Source of the DNA: Burkholderiaceae bacterium
Lineage (GTDB): Bacteria > Pseudomonadota > Gammaproteobacteria > Burkholderiales > Burkholderiaceae_C
Length of the DNA: 64,000 bases
Assembly (NCBI GenBank): GCA_019751915.1
Contig: JAIEMS010000012.1
Coordinates: 59,582-123,581 of the forward strand
Direction of reading: 5' to 3'
Position numbers and translations under genes: made by a program. Below are positions 9,759 through 20,135 of this stretch, one piece after another. How positions within the stretch are numbered: the stretch's first letter is position 1; the number at the start of each line of letters is the position of its first letter. Under the pieces are notes generated by a model, which was not told the origin of the DNA, did no database searches, and saw only the letters and a program-made list of their open reading frames with translations.

Positions 9759-10445
9759 TCAATGGTGGTGGCCTTTTTTCTTGGCTGCTGCTGGTGGGGT
9801 CGTATCGACCGTTTTGGGTGCTTTGCTAGCGCCAATGCGCGACTCGGTGCCCCGAATCAGCCGAACCATGTTTTCTTTATGCCGCCACAACAGCAAGCCA
9901 ACCATGACAACAATGGCGGCCACGATGCTGCGCTCGGCATACCACGCTGTGCCACTGGCAAGCACATAAAACAAAGGGGCAAATACCGCAGCAGCCAGCG
10001 CTGCCAGCGACGAATAACGCGAGACAAAAGCCACAGCCAACCACGCAAGGGCCGTAGCCAGCCCAAGCCAACCGCTGATGCCCAGCAACACCCCCAGCGC
10101 CGTCGCTACGCCTTTGCCACCTTCAAAACGGAAAAATACCGGCCACAGGTGCCCCAAGAAGGCTGCCAGTGCCACCATCGCCACGGTGCCTTCTTCCAAT
10201 CCGTAGGGCGCACCGCCAACGCGCACCAACACTACCGGCAGCCACCCCTTGACGGCATCGAGCACCAGCGTCACCACCGCAGCCGCTTTGCTGCCCGAGC
10301 GCAGCACATTGGTAGCACCGGGATTTTTGCTGCCAAAGGTGCGCGGATCGTTCAGGCCCATCGCCCGACTCACAATGACAGCAAACGACAACGAACCCAG
10401 CAAATAAGCGGCAACCACCGCAAAAACGGAATAAACGACAGACAC
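9759..10445 (-). CDS. plsY: Glycerol-3-phosphate acyltransferase PlsY
   Basis: Contains AAYLLGSLSFAVIVSR...GSKNPGATNVLRSG. I prefer the GTG at 10445, preceded by AGGAG 8 nt upstream; an alternative ATG is at 10487. The ORF-track start at 10658 would add an implausible Cys/Arg-rich extension. Confidence 0.88.
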   Translation of the reverse strand: MSVVYSVFAVVAAYLLGSLSFAVIVSRAMGLNDPRTFGSKNPGATNVLRSGSKAAAVVTLVLDAVKGWLPVVLVRVGGAPYGLEEGTVAMVALAAFLGHLWPVFFRFEGGKGVATALGVLLGISGWLGLATALAWLAVAFVSRYSSLAALAAAVFAPLFYVLASGTAWYAERSIVAAIVVMVGLLLWRHKENMVRLIRGTESRIGASKAPKTVDTTPPAAAKKKGHHH

Positions 10446-10806
10446 GGGCAAAACTCCTGAGGGCTTGTGTTTCGGGGCGGGCGCCATTCTGCCAGTGCGC
10501 CTACAGAGCGGGCAGGAAAATGGTTCGGCACCGATTTTCTGCCCCTGTGTTCGAGGGGGGCTATTTTTGCAGTATCTTGGGCACCAAGCTTGGGCCTGTA
10601 CCGGGCACTTATCGAACCCATGGCACCGTCCAAACAATCTAAACACCCTCTTGACCATGGCTCTGCAAGCGCTATTAGCTATAAAAACAGGAGCAATTGA
10701 AGCTTCATAAAAATACGCCCCAGCGCCCTGTGCCTATTTTTTCAGCACACTGCCGGGCCAAAACGATTGCGTTCAACCAGAGCGCTTCACCCTCTTTCTC
10801 TTGAAC

Positions 10807-13158
10807 ATGACAGACGATCTTTTAGATACAGCTCCCCTACCGAGCACCGATCTCACCGACGATACCGACAGCTTGGGCAGCTACGCCCAGCGTGCTTACC
10901 TTGAATACGCCCTGTCTGTGGTCAAAGGCCGTGCGCTGCCCGATGTCTGCGACGGACTCAAACCCGTGCAGCGGCGCATTTTGTACGCGATGGAGCGCAT
11001 GGGTCTGGGCTACTCGGGCAACACTGCGCCCAAGCCGGTCAAAAGCGCTCGGGTGGTCGGCGATGTGCTGGGGCGCTTTCACCCCCACGGCGACCAATCG
11101 GCCTACGACGCGCTGGTGCGCATGGCACAAGATTTCTCGCAGCGCTACCCACTGATTGATGGCCAAGGCAATTTTGGCTCGCGCGATGGCGACGGCGCGG
11201 CTGCCATGCGCTACACCGAAGCGCGCTTGTCGAAAATCACCAGTTTGCTGATCGACGAAATTGACGAAGGCACGGTCGATTTCATTGCCAACTACGACGG
11301 CTCCACGGTAGAGCCGCACCAGTTATCGGCGCGCTTGCCTTTTGCCTTGCTCAACGGTGCCAGCGGTATTGCCGTGGGGCTGGCAACCGAAATTCCCAGC
11401 CACAACCTGCGCGAAGTGGCCGATGCGTGCGTGGCCTTGATCAAAAATCCGCAACTCTCTGCTGAAGAACTGCAGGCGCTGATTCCCGGCCCCGACTACC
11501 CCGGCGGCGGTCAAATCATCAGCAGCGCCAGCGATATTGCCGATGCCTACCGCACAGGCCGGGGCAGCATGAAGGTGCGCGCGCGCTGGAAAATCGAAGA
11601 TTTGGCACGCGGTCAATGGCATTTGGTGGTGACAGAATTGCCACCGGGGGTCAGTTCGCAAAAGGTGCTGGAAGAAATCGAAGAACTGACCAACCCCAAA
11701 GTCAAAACCGGCAAAAAGGCCTTGAGCCAAGAGCAAACCCAGCTCAAGGCCAGCGTGCTGGCGGTGCTCGACGGGGTGCGCGATGAATCGAGCAAAGATG
11801 CCCCGGTGCGCTTGGTGTTCGAGCCTAAAACCAGCAAAACCCCGCAGCCAGAGCTGATTACCGCGCTGCTGGCCCACACCAGCTTAGAGACATCGTCACC
11901 CATCAACCTGACGATGATCGGCATCGACGGCAAACCAGTGCAAAAGTCGCTGCGCCAAATGTTGCAAGAGTGGGTCGAATTTCGCCAAAACACCATCACC
12001 CGGCGCAGCCAGCACCGACTCGATAAGGTGCTGGCACGCATCCACATTTTGGAAGGTCGGCACATTGTGCTGCTGAACATCGACACGGTGATTGGCATCA
12101 TCCGCGAGGCCGATGAACCCAAATCGGCACTGATGGAGCGTTTTGCCTTGAGCGCGCTCCAAGCCGACGATATTTTAGAAATCCGCCTGCGCCAGCTTGC
12201 ACGCCTCGAAGTCCTGAAAATTCAACAAGAACTCCAAGAACTGCGCGACAACCAAAGCAAGCTTGAAGACATTTTGGGCAGCACCGCCACACTGCGCCGC
12301 CTGATGGTGCGCGAGATTGAGCAAGACGCTAAACAGTTTGCCGATGCCCGCCGCACCCTGATTCAAACTGAAAAGAAGGCCGTGGTCGAGGTCAAAGTGG
12401 TCGATGAGCCTGTGACGGTGGTGGTGTCTGAGAAAGGCTGGGTGCGCACCCGCAGCGGCCACGGCCACGAAGCAGGCAGCTTTGCCTTCAAAGCCGGCGA
12501 CGGGCTTTATGGCACCTTTGAATGCCGCAGCGTCGATACCTTTGTCCTCTTTGGCAGCAATGGCCGGGTCTATTCGGTGCCGGTGGCGCAACTGCCCGGC
12601 GGGCGTGGCGATGGTCAGCCCGTGACCACATTGATTGAACTCGAAGCGGGCACCCAGATCGCCCACTACTTTGCCGGGCCAGCAGCGGCCCAATTGCTGC
12701 TGGCCAGCAGTGGTGGTTATGGCTTTTTAGCGCATGTCGAAAATTTGGTGTCGCGCAACAAGAGCGGCAAAGCCTTCATCACTTTGGCCCAAGGCGAGAC
12801 GGTGTGCGTGCCCTCACACGCAGCGCACACCAGCGCCAGCACGCCCTTGGTGGCGGCCACCCATGTGGCCTGCGCTTCGGTGGCCGGGCGCATTTTGACC
12901 TTTGAGATTGGCGAACTCAAGCCGATGGAAAAAGGCGGGCGCGGCCTGATGCTGATGGCGTTGGACGAACCAGACCGCCTCGCTGGCGCTGCCGCTTACA
13001 CCCGCAGCGTGCGCGTGGCGGGTATCGGACGCGGTGGCAAGGAGCGCGAAGAAACGCTGGAAATTCGCAGCCTCAACAACGCCCAAGCCCCGCGCGCGCG
13101 CAAAGGCAAAGATGCCAGCTTTGGCTTTAAGCCCACAGGGGTGGCGCGGGTGCTCTAA
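10807..13158 (+). CDS. parC: DNA topoisomerase IV subunit A
   Basis: About 783 aa with [22 protein letters not shown]...[10 protein letters not shown] (catalytic Tyr region) and no GyrA box. Start is ATG 10807 or TTG 10801. Confidence 0.93.
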   Translation: MTDDLLDTAPLPSTDLTDDTDSLGSYAQRAYLEYALSVVKGRALPDVCDGLKPVQRRILYAMERMGLGYSGNTAPKPVKSARVVGDVLGRFHPHGDQSAYDALVRMAQDFSQRYPLIDGQGNFGSRDGDGAAAMRYTEARLSKITSLLIDEIDEGTVDFIANYDGSTVEPHQLSARLPFALLNGASGIAVGLATEIPSHNLREVADACVALIKNPQLSAEELQALIPGPDYPGGGQIISSASDIADAYRTGRGSMKVRARWKIEDLARGQWHLVVTELPPGVSSQKVLEEIEELTNPKVKTGKKALSQEQTQLKASVLAVLDGVRDESSKDAPVRLVFEPKTSKTPQPELITALLAHTSLETSSPINLTMIGIDGKPVQKSLRQMLQEWVEFRQNTITRRSQHRLDKVLARIHILEGRHIVLLNIDTVIGIIREADEPKSALMERFALSALQADDILEIRLRQLARLEVLKIQQELQELRDNQSKLEDILGSTATLRRLMVREIEQDAKQFADARRTLIQTEKKAVVEVKVVDEPVTVVVSEKGWVRTRSGHGHEAGSFAFKAGDGLYGTFECRSVDTFVLFGSNGRVYSVPVAQLPGGRGDGQPVTTLIELEAGTQIAHYFAGPAAAQLLLASSGGYGFLAHVENLVSRNKSGKAFITLAQGETVCVPSHAAHTSASTPLVAATHVACASVAGRILTFEIGELKPMEKGGRGLMLMALDEPDRLAGAAAYTRSVRVAGIGRGGKEREETLEIRSLNNAQAPRARKGKDASFGFKPTGVARVL

Positions 13159-13213
13159 AAACCGAATTTTTAGATGAAATAGGCCCCCATCCCTTGATCT
13201 ACGGACATAAGCA

Positions 13214-13230
13214 GCTATATTTTTAATAGC
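13214..13230. repeat. 17-nt palindromic interspersed motif GCTAY-N7-ATAGC (parC/MCP spacer)
   Basis: GCTATATTTTTAATAGC, with the extended core TAAGCAGCTATATTTTTAATAGC (13208-13230). Confidence 0.55.
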
Positions 13231-13316
13231 GCACTAAAGTGCTTACCAAGTGACTGCGGGGCGCACCACACCGGCCCACACCCATCGACACACCATTTTT
13301 GAGGGAGCACTTCTGG

Positions 13317-14903
13317 ATGACAAAACAACTAAAAATTGCACAAAAACTTTGGCTGGCGGTGGGTTTCATCATCACCATGCTGGTGCTAGTGCTGGTTTTT
13401 TCGGGGTACCGCTCGTTGCAGCAGCAAATCCAAGACGATGCCATCTCCGAGACGCTGGGTGTCAGACTCGATGCCGCAACGCACTGGATGGGGTTGACCG
13501 AAACCAACGCAGCACGCACCCAAGCGCTCATCACCAGCAGCGATCCAGCGGTCGAGTCTGCTTTTAAAGAAGCCATTGCCGCGACATCGGCCAAAATTTC
13601 GGAGCTGCAAAAAACCATCGAGGCGATGGACTTGGCAGCCACCGACCGCGCCCAAATGGCCAAGGTGGCAGCAGCACGCAAAGCCATGCTCGATTTGCGC
13701 GCACAAGCGCGCAAGCTCAAAGCCAGCGGCCAAGCCGAGCAAGCGATGGCACTGATTACGCAGTCGTACAACCCTGCTACGGTGGCCTACTTGGGCACGT
13801 TGCACGATTTTGTCAAACTCCAGCGCGATGCCGTCAAGGCGTGGGAAAAAGAGCAATCTGCCACCCGTCGCCACACCTTGCAAACGGTGATTGCTGGTGT
13901 TTTGGCCGTGATTTTGGTCATGGTGGGGGGGTCTTTTTTGCTGATTCGGGATATGCAGCAATCGCTGGCCGAGGCCACCTTGTTGGCCACACGCATTGCC
14001 CAAGGCGATTTGAGTGTGTCTGAACAAGTCATCCAAGGCGACGAATTTGGCGATTTACTGCGGGCGCTTTACGCCATGAGCGACTCTTTGTCGAAGGTGG
14101 TGGCCCAAGTGCGCCAAAGCACCTACAACATCGCCACCGCCAGCACTGAGATTGCCATGGGCAACCAAGATTTGTCGGCCCGCACCGAACTGGCATCGAG
14201 CAATCTGCAAAAAACGGCCTCCACCATGGAGCAGTTCACCAGCACCATCGGGCAAAGCGCCAGCAGCGCTCAAGAGGCCAGCAACCTTGCCGCTGGCGCT
14301 ACCGAAGTGGCGCGCCGGGGCGGTAAAGTGGTGGCCGATGTGGTCTCGACGATGCAAGACATCAACCAAAGCAGCCAAAAAATCTCAGACATCATTGGCG
14401 TGATTGACAGCATCGCCTTCCAGACCAATATTTTGGCCCTCAATGCCGCAGTCGAAGCGGCGCGTGCTGGCGAGCAAGGCCGGGGTTTTGCCGTCGTTGC
14501 CTCAGAGGTGCGTAGCTTGGCCGGACGCAGTGCCAATGCCGCCAAAGAGATCAAGCTGCTCATCAACACATCGGTGGGCAAGGTCGAGGCCGGGTCGCGG
14601 CTGGTACAAGATGCCGGAGCCACCATGTCCGACATCGTGCAGTCGGTGCAGCGGGTCAATGACATGATTGGCGAGATCACCACCGCTGCCAACGAAGAAA
14701 ACGCGGGCATCTCCCAAGTCAATGAGGCCGTGGGCAGCCTCGACCAAATGACGCAGCAAAACGCCGCACTGGTGGAAGAAAGCGCCGCTGCCGCCCAAAG
14801 CCTGCGCGAGCAAGCCGACCATCTGACGCAGGTGCTATCGGTCTTTAAATTAGCACCTTCGGCCGATGTCATCAGTGCCGTCGACTTGCCTCGCCTGAGG
14901 TAA
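13317..14903 (+). CDS. Methyl-accepting chemotaxis protein (4-helix-bundle sensor, HAMP, MA domain)
   Basis: N-terminal TM, periplasmic helical region, second TM, HAMP, and the conserved signalling hairpin [40 protein letters not shown] at 13317 with GAGGGAG 10 nt upstream. No che genes are nearby. Confidence 0.92.
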   Translation: MTKQLKIAQKLWLAVGFIITMLVLVLVFSGYRSLQQQIQDDAISETLGVRLDAATHWMGLTETNAARTQALITSSDPAVESAFKEAIAATSAKISELQKTIEAMDLAATDRAQMAKVAAARKAMLDLRAQARKLKASGQAEQAMALITQSYNPATVAYLGTLHDFVKLQRDAVKAWEKEQSATRRHTLQTVIAGVLAVILVMVGGSFLLIRDMQQSLAEATLLATRIAQGDLSVSEQVIQGDEFGDLLRALYAMSDSLSKVVAQVRQSTYNIATASTEIAMGNQDLSARTELASSNLQKTASTMEQFTSTIGQSASSAQEASNLAAGATEVARRGGKVVADVVSTMQDINQSSQKISDIIGVIDSIAFQTNILALNAAVEAARAGEQGRGFAVVASEVRSLAGRSANAAKEIKLLINTSVGKVEAGSRLVQDAGATMSDIVQSVQRVNDMIGEITTAANEENAGISQVNEAVGSLDQMTQQNAALVEESAAAAQSLREQADHLTQVLSVFKLAPSADVISAVDLPRLR

Positions 14904-14924
14904 TACTGCGCTGGGCTGCGCCGA

Positions 14925-15380
14925 TCAGGCCAACTCAGCGATCAGTTCAATTTCGACGCAAGCGCCCAACGGGATTTGCGCCACACCAAAAGCGCTGCGG
15001 GCGTGGCTGCCGCGCTCGCCAAAAACCTCGCCCAACAGCTCCGAGCAGCCATTCGTAACGAGGTGCTGCTCGGTAAAGTCACCGGTCGAATTGACCAGAC
15101 TCATCACTTTGACGATGCGGGTGATTTTGTTCAAGTCGCCTGTGGCAGCATGCAGTGTGCCCAGCAAGTCAATCGCTACGGCACGGGCGGCCAGTTTGCC
15201 CTCTTCGGTGCCGATATTGCGGCCAAACTGGGCGACCCAAGGCTTGCCGTCTTTGCGGGCAATGTGGCCGCTCAAAAACAACAAATTGCCCGTTTGCATA
15301 TACGGCACGTAAGAGGCGGCAGGCACCGAAACTGGGGGCAGCACAATACCCAATGCCTGAAGTTTGTCGTAAACACTCAT
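14925..15380 (-). CDS. RidA/YjgF family protein
   Basis: 151 aa, starting MSVYDKLQALGIVLP, then NLLFLSGHIA...ARSAFGVAQIPLGACVEIE. Confidence 0.88.
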   Translation of the reverse strand: MSVYDKLQALGIVLPPVSVPAASYVPYMQTGNLLFLSGHIARKDGKPWVAQFGRNIGTEEGKLAARAVAIDLLGTLHAATGDLNKITRIVKVMSLVNSTGDFTEQHLVTNGCSELLGEVFGERGSHARSAFGVAQIPLGACVEIELIAELA

Positions 15381-15462
15381 CGTTCATCTTTCAAAAAAAG
15401 CGGGTTGCTGGAATCAGGGCCGCCAGTGTTACACAGCCGCCAGCGCCACTTACGATACGGGC

Positions 15463-17931
15463 ATGACTCCTCTCACGCCGCCCCCTTCAAGCTCCCCAAC
15501 GTGGCTGTTGCCTGCGCTGTTGTGGGGCAGCTTGGCCGGGGCCGCGCTGCAAGTGCGCCAGCCCGTGTTGTGGTCTTCTACGGCCTATGCCGTGGCCGGG
15601 CTGACCGGTGCCGTGTTGCTGCTGGCGGTGGGCTACGCCCGGCTGTGGCGCTGGACTGTGCCAATGGACGGTGCCAAGGGCCGCAAACTCGGGGCAGCAT
15701 TGGCCGCAGCACTGGTGTTGTGGGCCGTGACGGGCCTGCGCGCCAACCATTTTGCCGCGCAAGCGCTAGCGCCTGCGCTAGAAGGGCACGACATCCGCAT
15801 CACGGCTACGGTGGTCGATATGCCCCAGCCCACGCCCGGTGGTCTGCGTTTGCGCTTGGCCGTTGAATCGGCCCAACTCGACGGGCAAGCCGTGCGCCTG
15901 CCCGCACTGATCGATGTCGGCTGGTACCACCGCTCGCTGTACGAAGACTCGGCCACAGAATCTGTGCCGCGCCACCCAGCAGTGGTGCGTGCCGGTGAGC
16001 GCTGGGCCTTGACGGTGCGCCTCAAAGCCCCGCACGGGGCACGCAACCCCCACGGCTTTGACTACGAATTGTGGGTCTGGGAGCAGGGCGTACAGGCCGC
16101 CGGTTACGTTCGATCCGGGCCACGCGATGCACCGCCCGAGCGGCTGGCAGCCACTGGGCAGCATCCCATCGAGCAAGCCCGCCAGTCGGTACGCGATGCC
16201 ATCTTGCGCCAATTGGCCCCTGACCCCACCGATCCTGCCCGCACCCGGGTTGCAGGCGTAGTAGCGGCACTGGTCACAGGCGACCAGCGGGCGATTGACC
16301 GCAGCGACTGGGATATTTTTCGCACCACTGGCGTAGCCCATTTGATGAGTATTTCAGGGCTGCACATCACGCTGTTTGCATGGTTGGCCGGGATGCTGGT
16401 GCAGTGGCTGTGGCGGCGGGTGCCGCGTTGGTGTTTGGCGGTGCCAGCGCCGTCGGCTGCGCTGGTGGGCGGAGCAGCCTTGGCAGGCGCTTACGCGCTG
16501 TTTAGCGGTTGGGGCATTCCAGCGCAGCGCACGGTAGCCATGTTGTGCGCGGCAGCACTGCTGCGGCTGGCTGGAGCGCGCTGGCCGTGGCCGCAGGTTT
16601 GGCTTTTGACCTGTGCGGTGGTGGTACTGCCCGATCCGTGGGCATTGTGGCAACCGGGATTTTGGCTCAGTTTCGTCGCTGTGGGGATTTTGTTTGCTAG
16701 CAATCCAATAGCAGAAAACACAGGCCCGACAAAGGCTAAAGGCCCGATTGCATCGTTATTGCACGAACAGTGGGTCGTGACACTGGCACTGACCCCTTTG
16801 GGCTTGATGCTGTTTGGTCAGATGTCGCTGGTGGGTTTGGGTGCCAACTTGCTGGCGATTCCGTGGGTCACGCTGGTGGTGACACCCTTGGCCTTTTTAG
16901 GCGTACTCTGGGCACCGCTGTGGCAGTTGGCAGGCTGGAGTGTGCAATGGATGGTGGCGGCCTTGCAATGGCTGGCAGCTTTGCCACTGGCCTCGCTGTG
17001 GGTGGCAGTGGCCCCGCTGTGGGCGGGTATTGCAGGGGTGGCGGGTGGCACCCTGCTGGCACTGCGCCTGCCGTGGCAGGTGCGGGCCTTGGGGCTACCG
17101 CTGCTGCTTCCGGTGTTCTTTTGGCAACCAGCGCGGCCTGCACCGGGCCAGTTTGAACTGATGGCCATCGATGTCGGCCAAGGCACCTCGGTGCTGGTTC
17201 GCACCGCCACACGCAGCCTGCTGTACGACGCAGGCCCGCGCTACAGCATGACCAGCGAAGCGGGCGAGCGCGTGCTGGTGCCGCTGCTGCGCGCACTGGG
17301 CGAGCGTTTGGATGTGCTGATGCTGAGCCACCGCGACAGCGACCACACCGGCGGCGCGGCAGCCATTTTGACCACGCAGCCGCAAGCGCGTCTGACAGGC
17401 TCCATCACCGACGAAGCCGATCTACTGGCCCTGCGCCCCGCCACCCCTTGTTTAGCCGGACAACGCTGGCAATGGGATGGTGTCGATTTCGAGGTGCTAC
17501 ACCCCCTAGAGACCTCAGCGACACCGCGCCAACACACCAACGGCCAAAGCTGTGTGCTGCGCTTGGCTGCGGCCACCGGCCCCGTCGCCCTGCTCACCGG
17601 CGACATCGAACGCCCGCAAGAGCAGGCCCTGCTCGCACGCGCAGCACCCCTTGCGGCCGATGTGTTGGTGCTAGCCCACCACGGCAGCAAAACCTCATCG
17701 AGTGCAGCCTTTTTAGATGCGGTCAAACCACGCATCGCCATCGCGCAAACGGGCTACCGCAACCGCTTTCACCACCCTGCGCCCGTGGTGGTAGAGCGCC
17801 TGCACGAGCGCGGCATTGTGCTGGTCGATTCGCCCCACTGCGGTGCGGCAACGTGGTCATCCAAACAACCGCAGCAGGTGCGCTGTGAGCGCCAACAACA
17901 GGCCCGCTATTGGCAGCATATGCCCCCATAA
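15463..17931 (+). CDS. comEC: DNA internalization-related competence protein ComEC/Rec2
   Basis: 822 aa with a polytopic competence domain (TGVAHLMSISGLHIT) and a C-terminal metallo-beta-lactamase domain (IDVGQGTS...SHRDSDHTGG...AHHGS). Confidence 0.9.
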   Translation: MTPLTPPPSSSPTWLLPALLWGSLAGAALQVRQPVLWSSTAYAVAGLTGAVLLLAVGYARLWRWTVPMDGAKGRKLGAALAAALVLWAVTGLRANHFAAQALAPALEGHDIRITATVVDMPQPTPGGLRLRLAVESAQLDGQAVRLPALIDVGWYHRSLYEDSATESVPRHPAVVRAGERWALTVRLKAPHGARNPHGFDYELWVWEQGVQAAGYVRSGPRDAPPERLAATGQHPIEQARQSVRDAILRQLAPDPTDPARTRVAGVVAALVTGDQRAIDRSDWDIFRTTGVAHLMSISGLHITLFAWLAGMLVQWLWRRVPRWCLAVPAPSAALVGGAALAGAYALFSGWGIPAQRTVAMLCAAALLRLAGARWPWPQVWLLTCAVVVLPDPWALWQPGFWLSFVAVGILFASNPIAENTGPTKAKGPIASLLHEQWVVTLALTPLGLMLFGQMSLVGLGANLLAIPWVTLVVTPLAFLGVLWAPLWQLAGWSVQWMVAALQWLAALPLASLWVAVAPLWAGIAGVAGGTLLALRLPWQVRALGLPLLLPVFFWQPARPAPGQFELMAIDVGQGTSVLVRTATRSLLYDAGPRYSMTSEAGERVLVPLLRALGERLDVLMLSHRDSDHTGGAAAILTTQPQARLTGSITDEADLLALRPATPCLAGQRWQWDGVDFEVLHPLETSATPRQHTNGQSCVLRLAAATGPVALLTGDIERPQEQALLARAAPLAADVLVLAHHGSKTSSSAAFLDAVKPRIAIAQTGYRNRFHHPAPVVVERLHERGIVLVDSPHCGAATWSSKQPQQVRCERQQQARYWQHMPP

Positions 17932-18040
17932 CGGGCCTCTGAACCCACTTGCAACGCGGCGCGGCGTGGGCAAAAATCAGTTTGCGGCGACAATGCCGCT
18001 CCTTTTCGTATTTTTTCCCTGTTTTCGTCCGGTTTTTTCC

Positions 18041-18556
18041 ATGTCCATTCAGGTTCGTCCCGCTACGCTTCGCGATGCCAAAGCCATTGCCCAACTCCAC
18101 ACCATCTCTGCCCAGGTCGCCTACCAGGACTTGGTGCCAGAAGAGCAACTGAAGTCCTTGTCGGTCGAAAAGCGCCAAGCCTACTGGCGCGAAGCCATCG
18201 AATACTGCGAGCCCCAAGTCCAAGTGGCTGTCGAAGACGAAAAAATCGTCGGCTTTGTCGGCTACGACCGCTCGCGCGATGAAAAATCCCGCCCCACCAC
18301 AGGCGAAATTTGGGCCATTTACGCGGCCCCCACCCATTGGAACAAAGGCGTAGGTCTGGCCCTGTGGGATGCTGCACGCGATGGTTTGGCCGAAGAAGGC
18401 TGCACCAACGTCACCGCTTGGGTGCCGCTGCGCAACGAACGGGCCATTCGCTTTCACGAGCTGGCCGGCTTCAAGCGCGAGATGTCCACCGCCAAGACAG
18501 CCGTCGTCGGTGGTGTGAAGATCGAAGAAGTGCGCCTCAAACGCTCCCTTAACTAA
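18041..18556 (+). CDS. GNAT family N-acetyltransferase
   Basis: 171 aa from ATG 18041, starting MSIQVRPATLRDAKAIAQLH, then NKGVGLALW...ERAIRFHELAGF (acetyl-CoA binding motif A-like). Confidence 0.85.
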   Translation: MSIQVRPATLRDAKAIAQLHTISAQVAYQDLVPEEQLKSLSVEKRQAYWREAIEYCEPQVQVAVEDEKIVGFVGYDRSRDEKSRPTTGEIWAIYAAPTHWNKGVGLALWDAARDGLAEEGCTNVTAWVPLRNERAIRFHELAGFKREMSTAKTAVVGGVKIEEVRLKRSLN

Positions 18557-18571
18557 AAACGAAAGATACCC

Positions 18572-19720
18572 ATGATCGAATGGAACGAACAGGGCGAGGT
18601 GCGCACAGCGCGCTGGCGTTCCGAAAGCGGTGCGCCAGCACCCAAGCGCGTGGCGCTGGCCGACGACACCTTGTCCGCCGACTCCGCTTACCGCTTGGCC
18701 TGTGCTGGCACTGCGTTGCTGTGGCAGGGCGACTTTCAAAACGCCCGGCTGCTGCTGCAAGCGTTGATGCGCCGCGTCGATCGCAAACCGCCCAAAGCCG
18801 CCGCCCGTGCCGCCAAGAAAATCGCCGAGGCCAGTCCCGCCGAGGTTTTTCACCTGCACCGTCAAGCGCAGTCGCAGCGGGCGCGCACGTTGGCAGCCAT
18901 CGTCGTACAGGTCGAGGGCGACTACAGCATCGCACTGCGCCGCGCTCCCGACTGGCGCCAAGCCTGCACCGAGGCTTGGGGCGCGGCTCCGGGTCATCCG
19001 CAAGTGGTGTCGCTGCGCGAACTGCTGGGCTTGGTCGGCGCACACGAGTGGCGCAAAAAGGGCGTTCCTGTGGCCGCATTGGGCCAAGCACCAGACAACC
19101 ACATTCACCCGCATTACGGCGTTTTCTCGCCGGTGCGCGGCGAATACATCGATTTGATTGCACAAACGCCACTGCCCAGCAAAGCGTTGGCATTTGACAT
19201 CGGCACCGGCACGGGTGTGCTGGCAGCAGTGCTGGCGCGCCGGGGTGTGCAGCACATCATCGCCACCGAAAACGCGCCACGCGCGCTGGCCTGTGCGCAG
19301 GACAACCTGCAGCGCTTGGGCCTGATCCCACAGGTACAACTGCTGAATGCCGATTTGTTCCCGCCGGGGCAAGCACCGCTCATCGTCTGCAATCCGCCGT
19401 GGTTGCCAGCGCGGGCCAGCTCCCCGATTGAACACGCCATTTACGACGAAGGCAGCCGCATGTTGCAGGGATTTTTGTCTGGCTTGGCAGCGCATTTAAC
19501 ACCGGGCGGCGAAGGTTGGCTGGTGCTGTCTGATTTGGCCGAACACTTGGGCCTGCGTCCACGCGAACAGTTGCTCGAATGGATTGCGCAAGCAGGCCTG
19601 AAGGTACTCGAGCGCCATGATGTGCGCCCACAACACGCCAAAGCCACTGAAAGCGGCGATGCCCTGCACGCAGCGCGGGCTGCCGAAGTCACATCGCTGT
19701 GGCGTTTGGCACCAGCCTAA
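18572..19720 (+). CDS. SAM-dependent methyltransferase with NPPW motif and an N-terminal domain of about 190 aa of unknown function
   Basis: Contains AFDIGTGTGVLAAVLA (motif I) and LIVCNPPWLPA (motif IV, as in HemK/PrmC, RsmC or N6-adenine methyltransferases). I do not recognise the N-terminal half. Confidence 0.8.
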   Translation: MIEWNEQGEVRTARWRSESGAPAPKRVALADDTLSADSAYRLACAGTALLWQGDFQNARLLLQALMRRVDRKPPKAAARAAKKIAEASPAEVFHLHRQAQSQRARTLAAIVVQVEGDYSIALRRAPDWRQACTEAWGAAPGHPQVVSLRELLGLVGAHEWRKKGVPVAALGQAPDNHIHPHYGVFSPVRGEYIDLIAQTPLPSKALAFDIGTGTGVLAAVLARRGVQHIIATENAPRALACAQDNLQRLGLIPQVQLLNADLFPPGQAPLIVCNPPWLPARASSPIEHAIYDEGSRMLQGFLSGLAAHLTPGGEGWLVLSDLAEHLGLRPREQLLEWIAQAGLKVLERHDVRPQHAKATESGDALHAARAAEVTSLWRLAPA

Positions 19721-19764
19721 AGTTTCCGCACCAGCAGATGCGGCACCAAGGATGCCGCGAAGTA

Positions 19765-19995
19765 TCAAGCCAGCGTGATTTCGGGGTGAACCAAATATCC
19801 TTGGCGCATCAGGTCTTCAACCATCTGTGCGCCAACGCCGTTGTACATGGCTTGTAGTTGTACCAAGCGCTTGCCTTCTACCAGCAGCAACAAAGAACGT
19901 TCGCGCAGGCTCAAAGAGCGAACGCTAGGAGACAGTTCGAGATCGGCTTTCTTGGTTTTTTGCAGCAACATGGCGGTATTGCAGCACGGCTGCAT
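19765..19995 (-). CDS. Hypothetical small protein (68-76 aa)
   Basis: ORF only; codon usage is plausible and I recognise no motif. The start could be the internal MLLQK. Confidence 0.4.
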   Translation of the reverse strand: MQPCCNTAMLLQKTKKADLELSPSVRSLSLRERSLLLLVEGKRLVQLQAMYNGVGAQMVEDLMRQGYLVHPEITLA

Positions 19996-20053
19996 GACAA
20001 CTTCATGAACCGTGCTGCCCTATTTTGGCAAGGCATGCCGCCCTCTATATTTA

Positions 20054-20070
20054 GCTACCTTATTAATAGC
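20054..20070. repeat. 17-nt palindromic interspersed motif (small ORF/dusC divergent spacer)
   Basis: GCTACCTTATTAATAGC. Confidence 0.5.
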
Positions 20071-20135
20071 AAGATATAAAGACTGGACAAAGGCTAGCGC
20101 CTTTTTTTATCCAAAATCTGACGTTTTTTGCCCCC

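Noticed and set aside
9411-10658. 349-aa + strand ORF (9411-10460) and the long N-terminal extension of plsY to 10658
   Set aside because: The + ORF is antisense to plsY and runs across the SRP RNA. The plsY extension (MVKRVFRLFGRCHGFDKC...) is Cys/Arg-rich and unlike PlsY. An internal GTG with an AGGAG site fits better.
17723-19495. 590-aa ORF on the minus strand
   Set aside because: It is antisense to the comEC 3' end, the GNAT gene and the NPPW methyltransferase, all of which have clear catalytic motifs. Its translation is Arg/Gly/Ala/Gln-rich with no recognisable domain.
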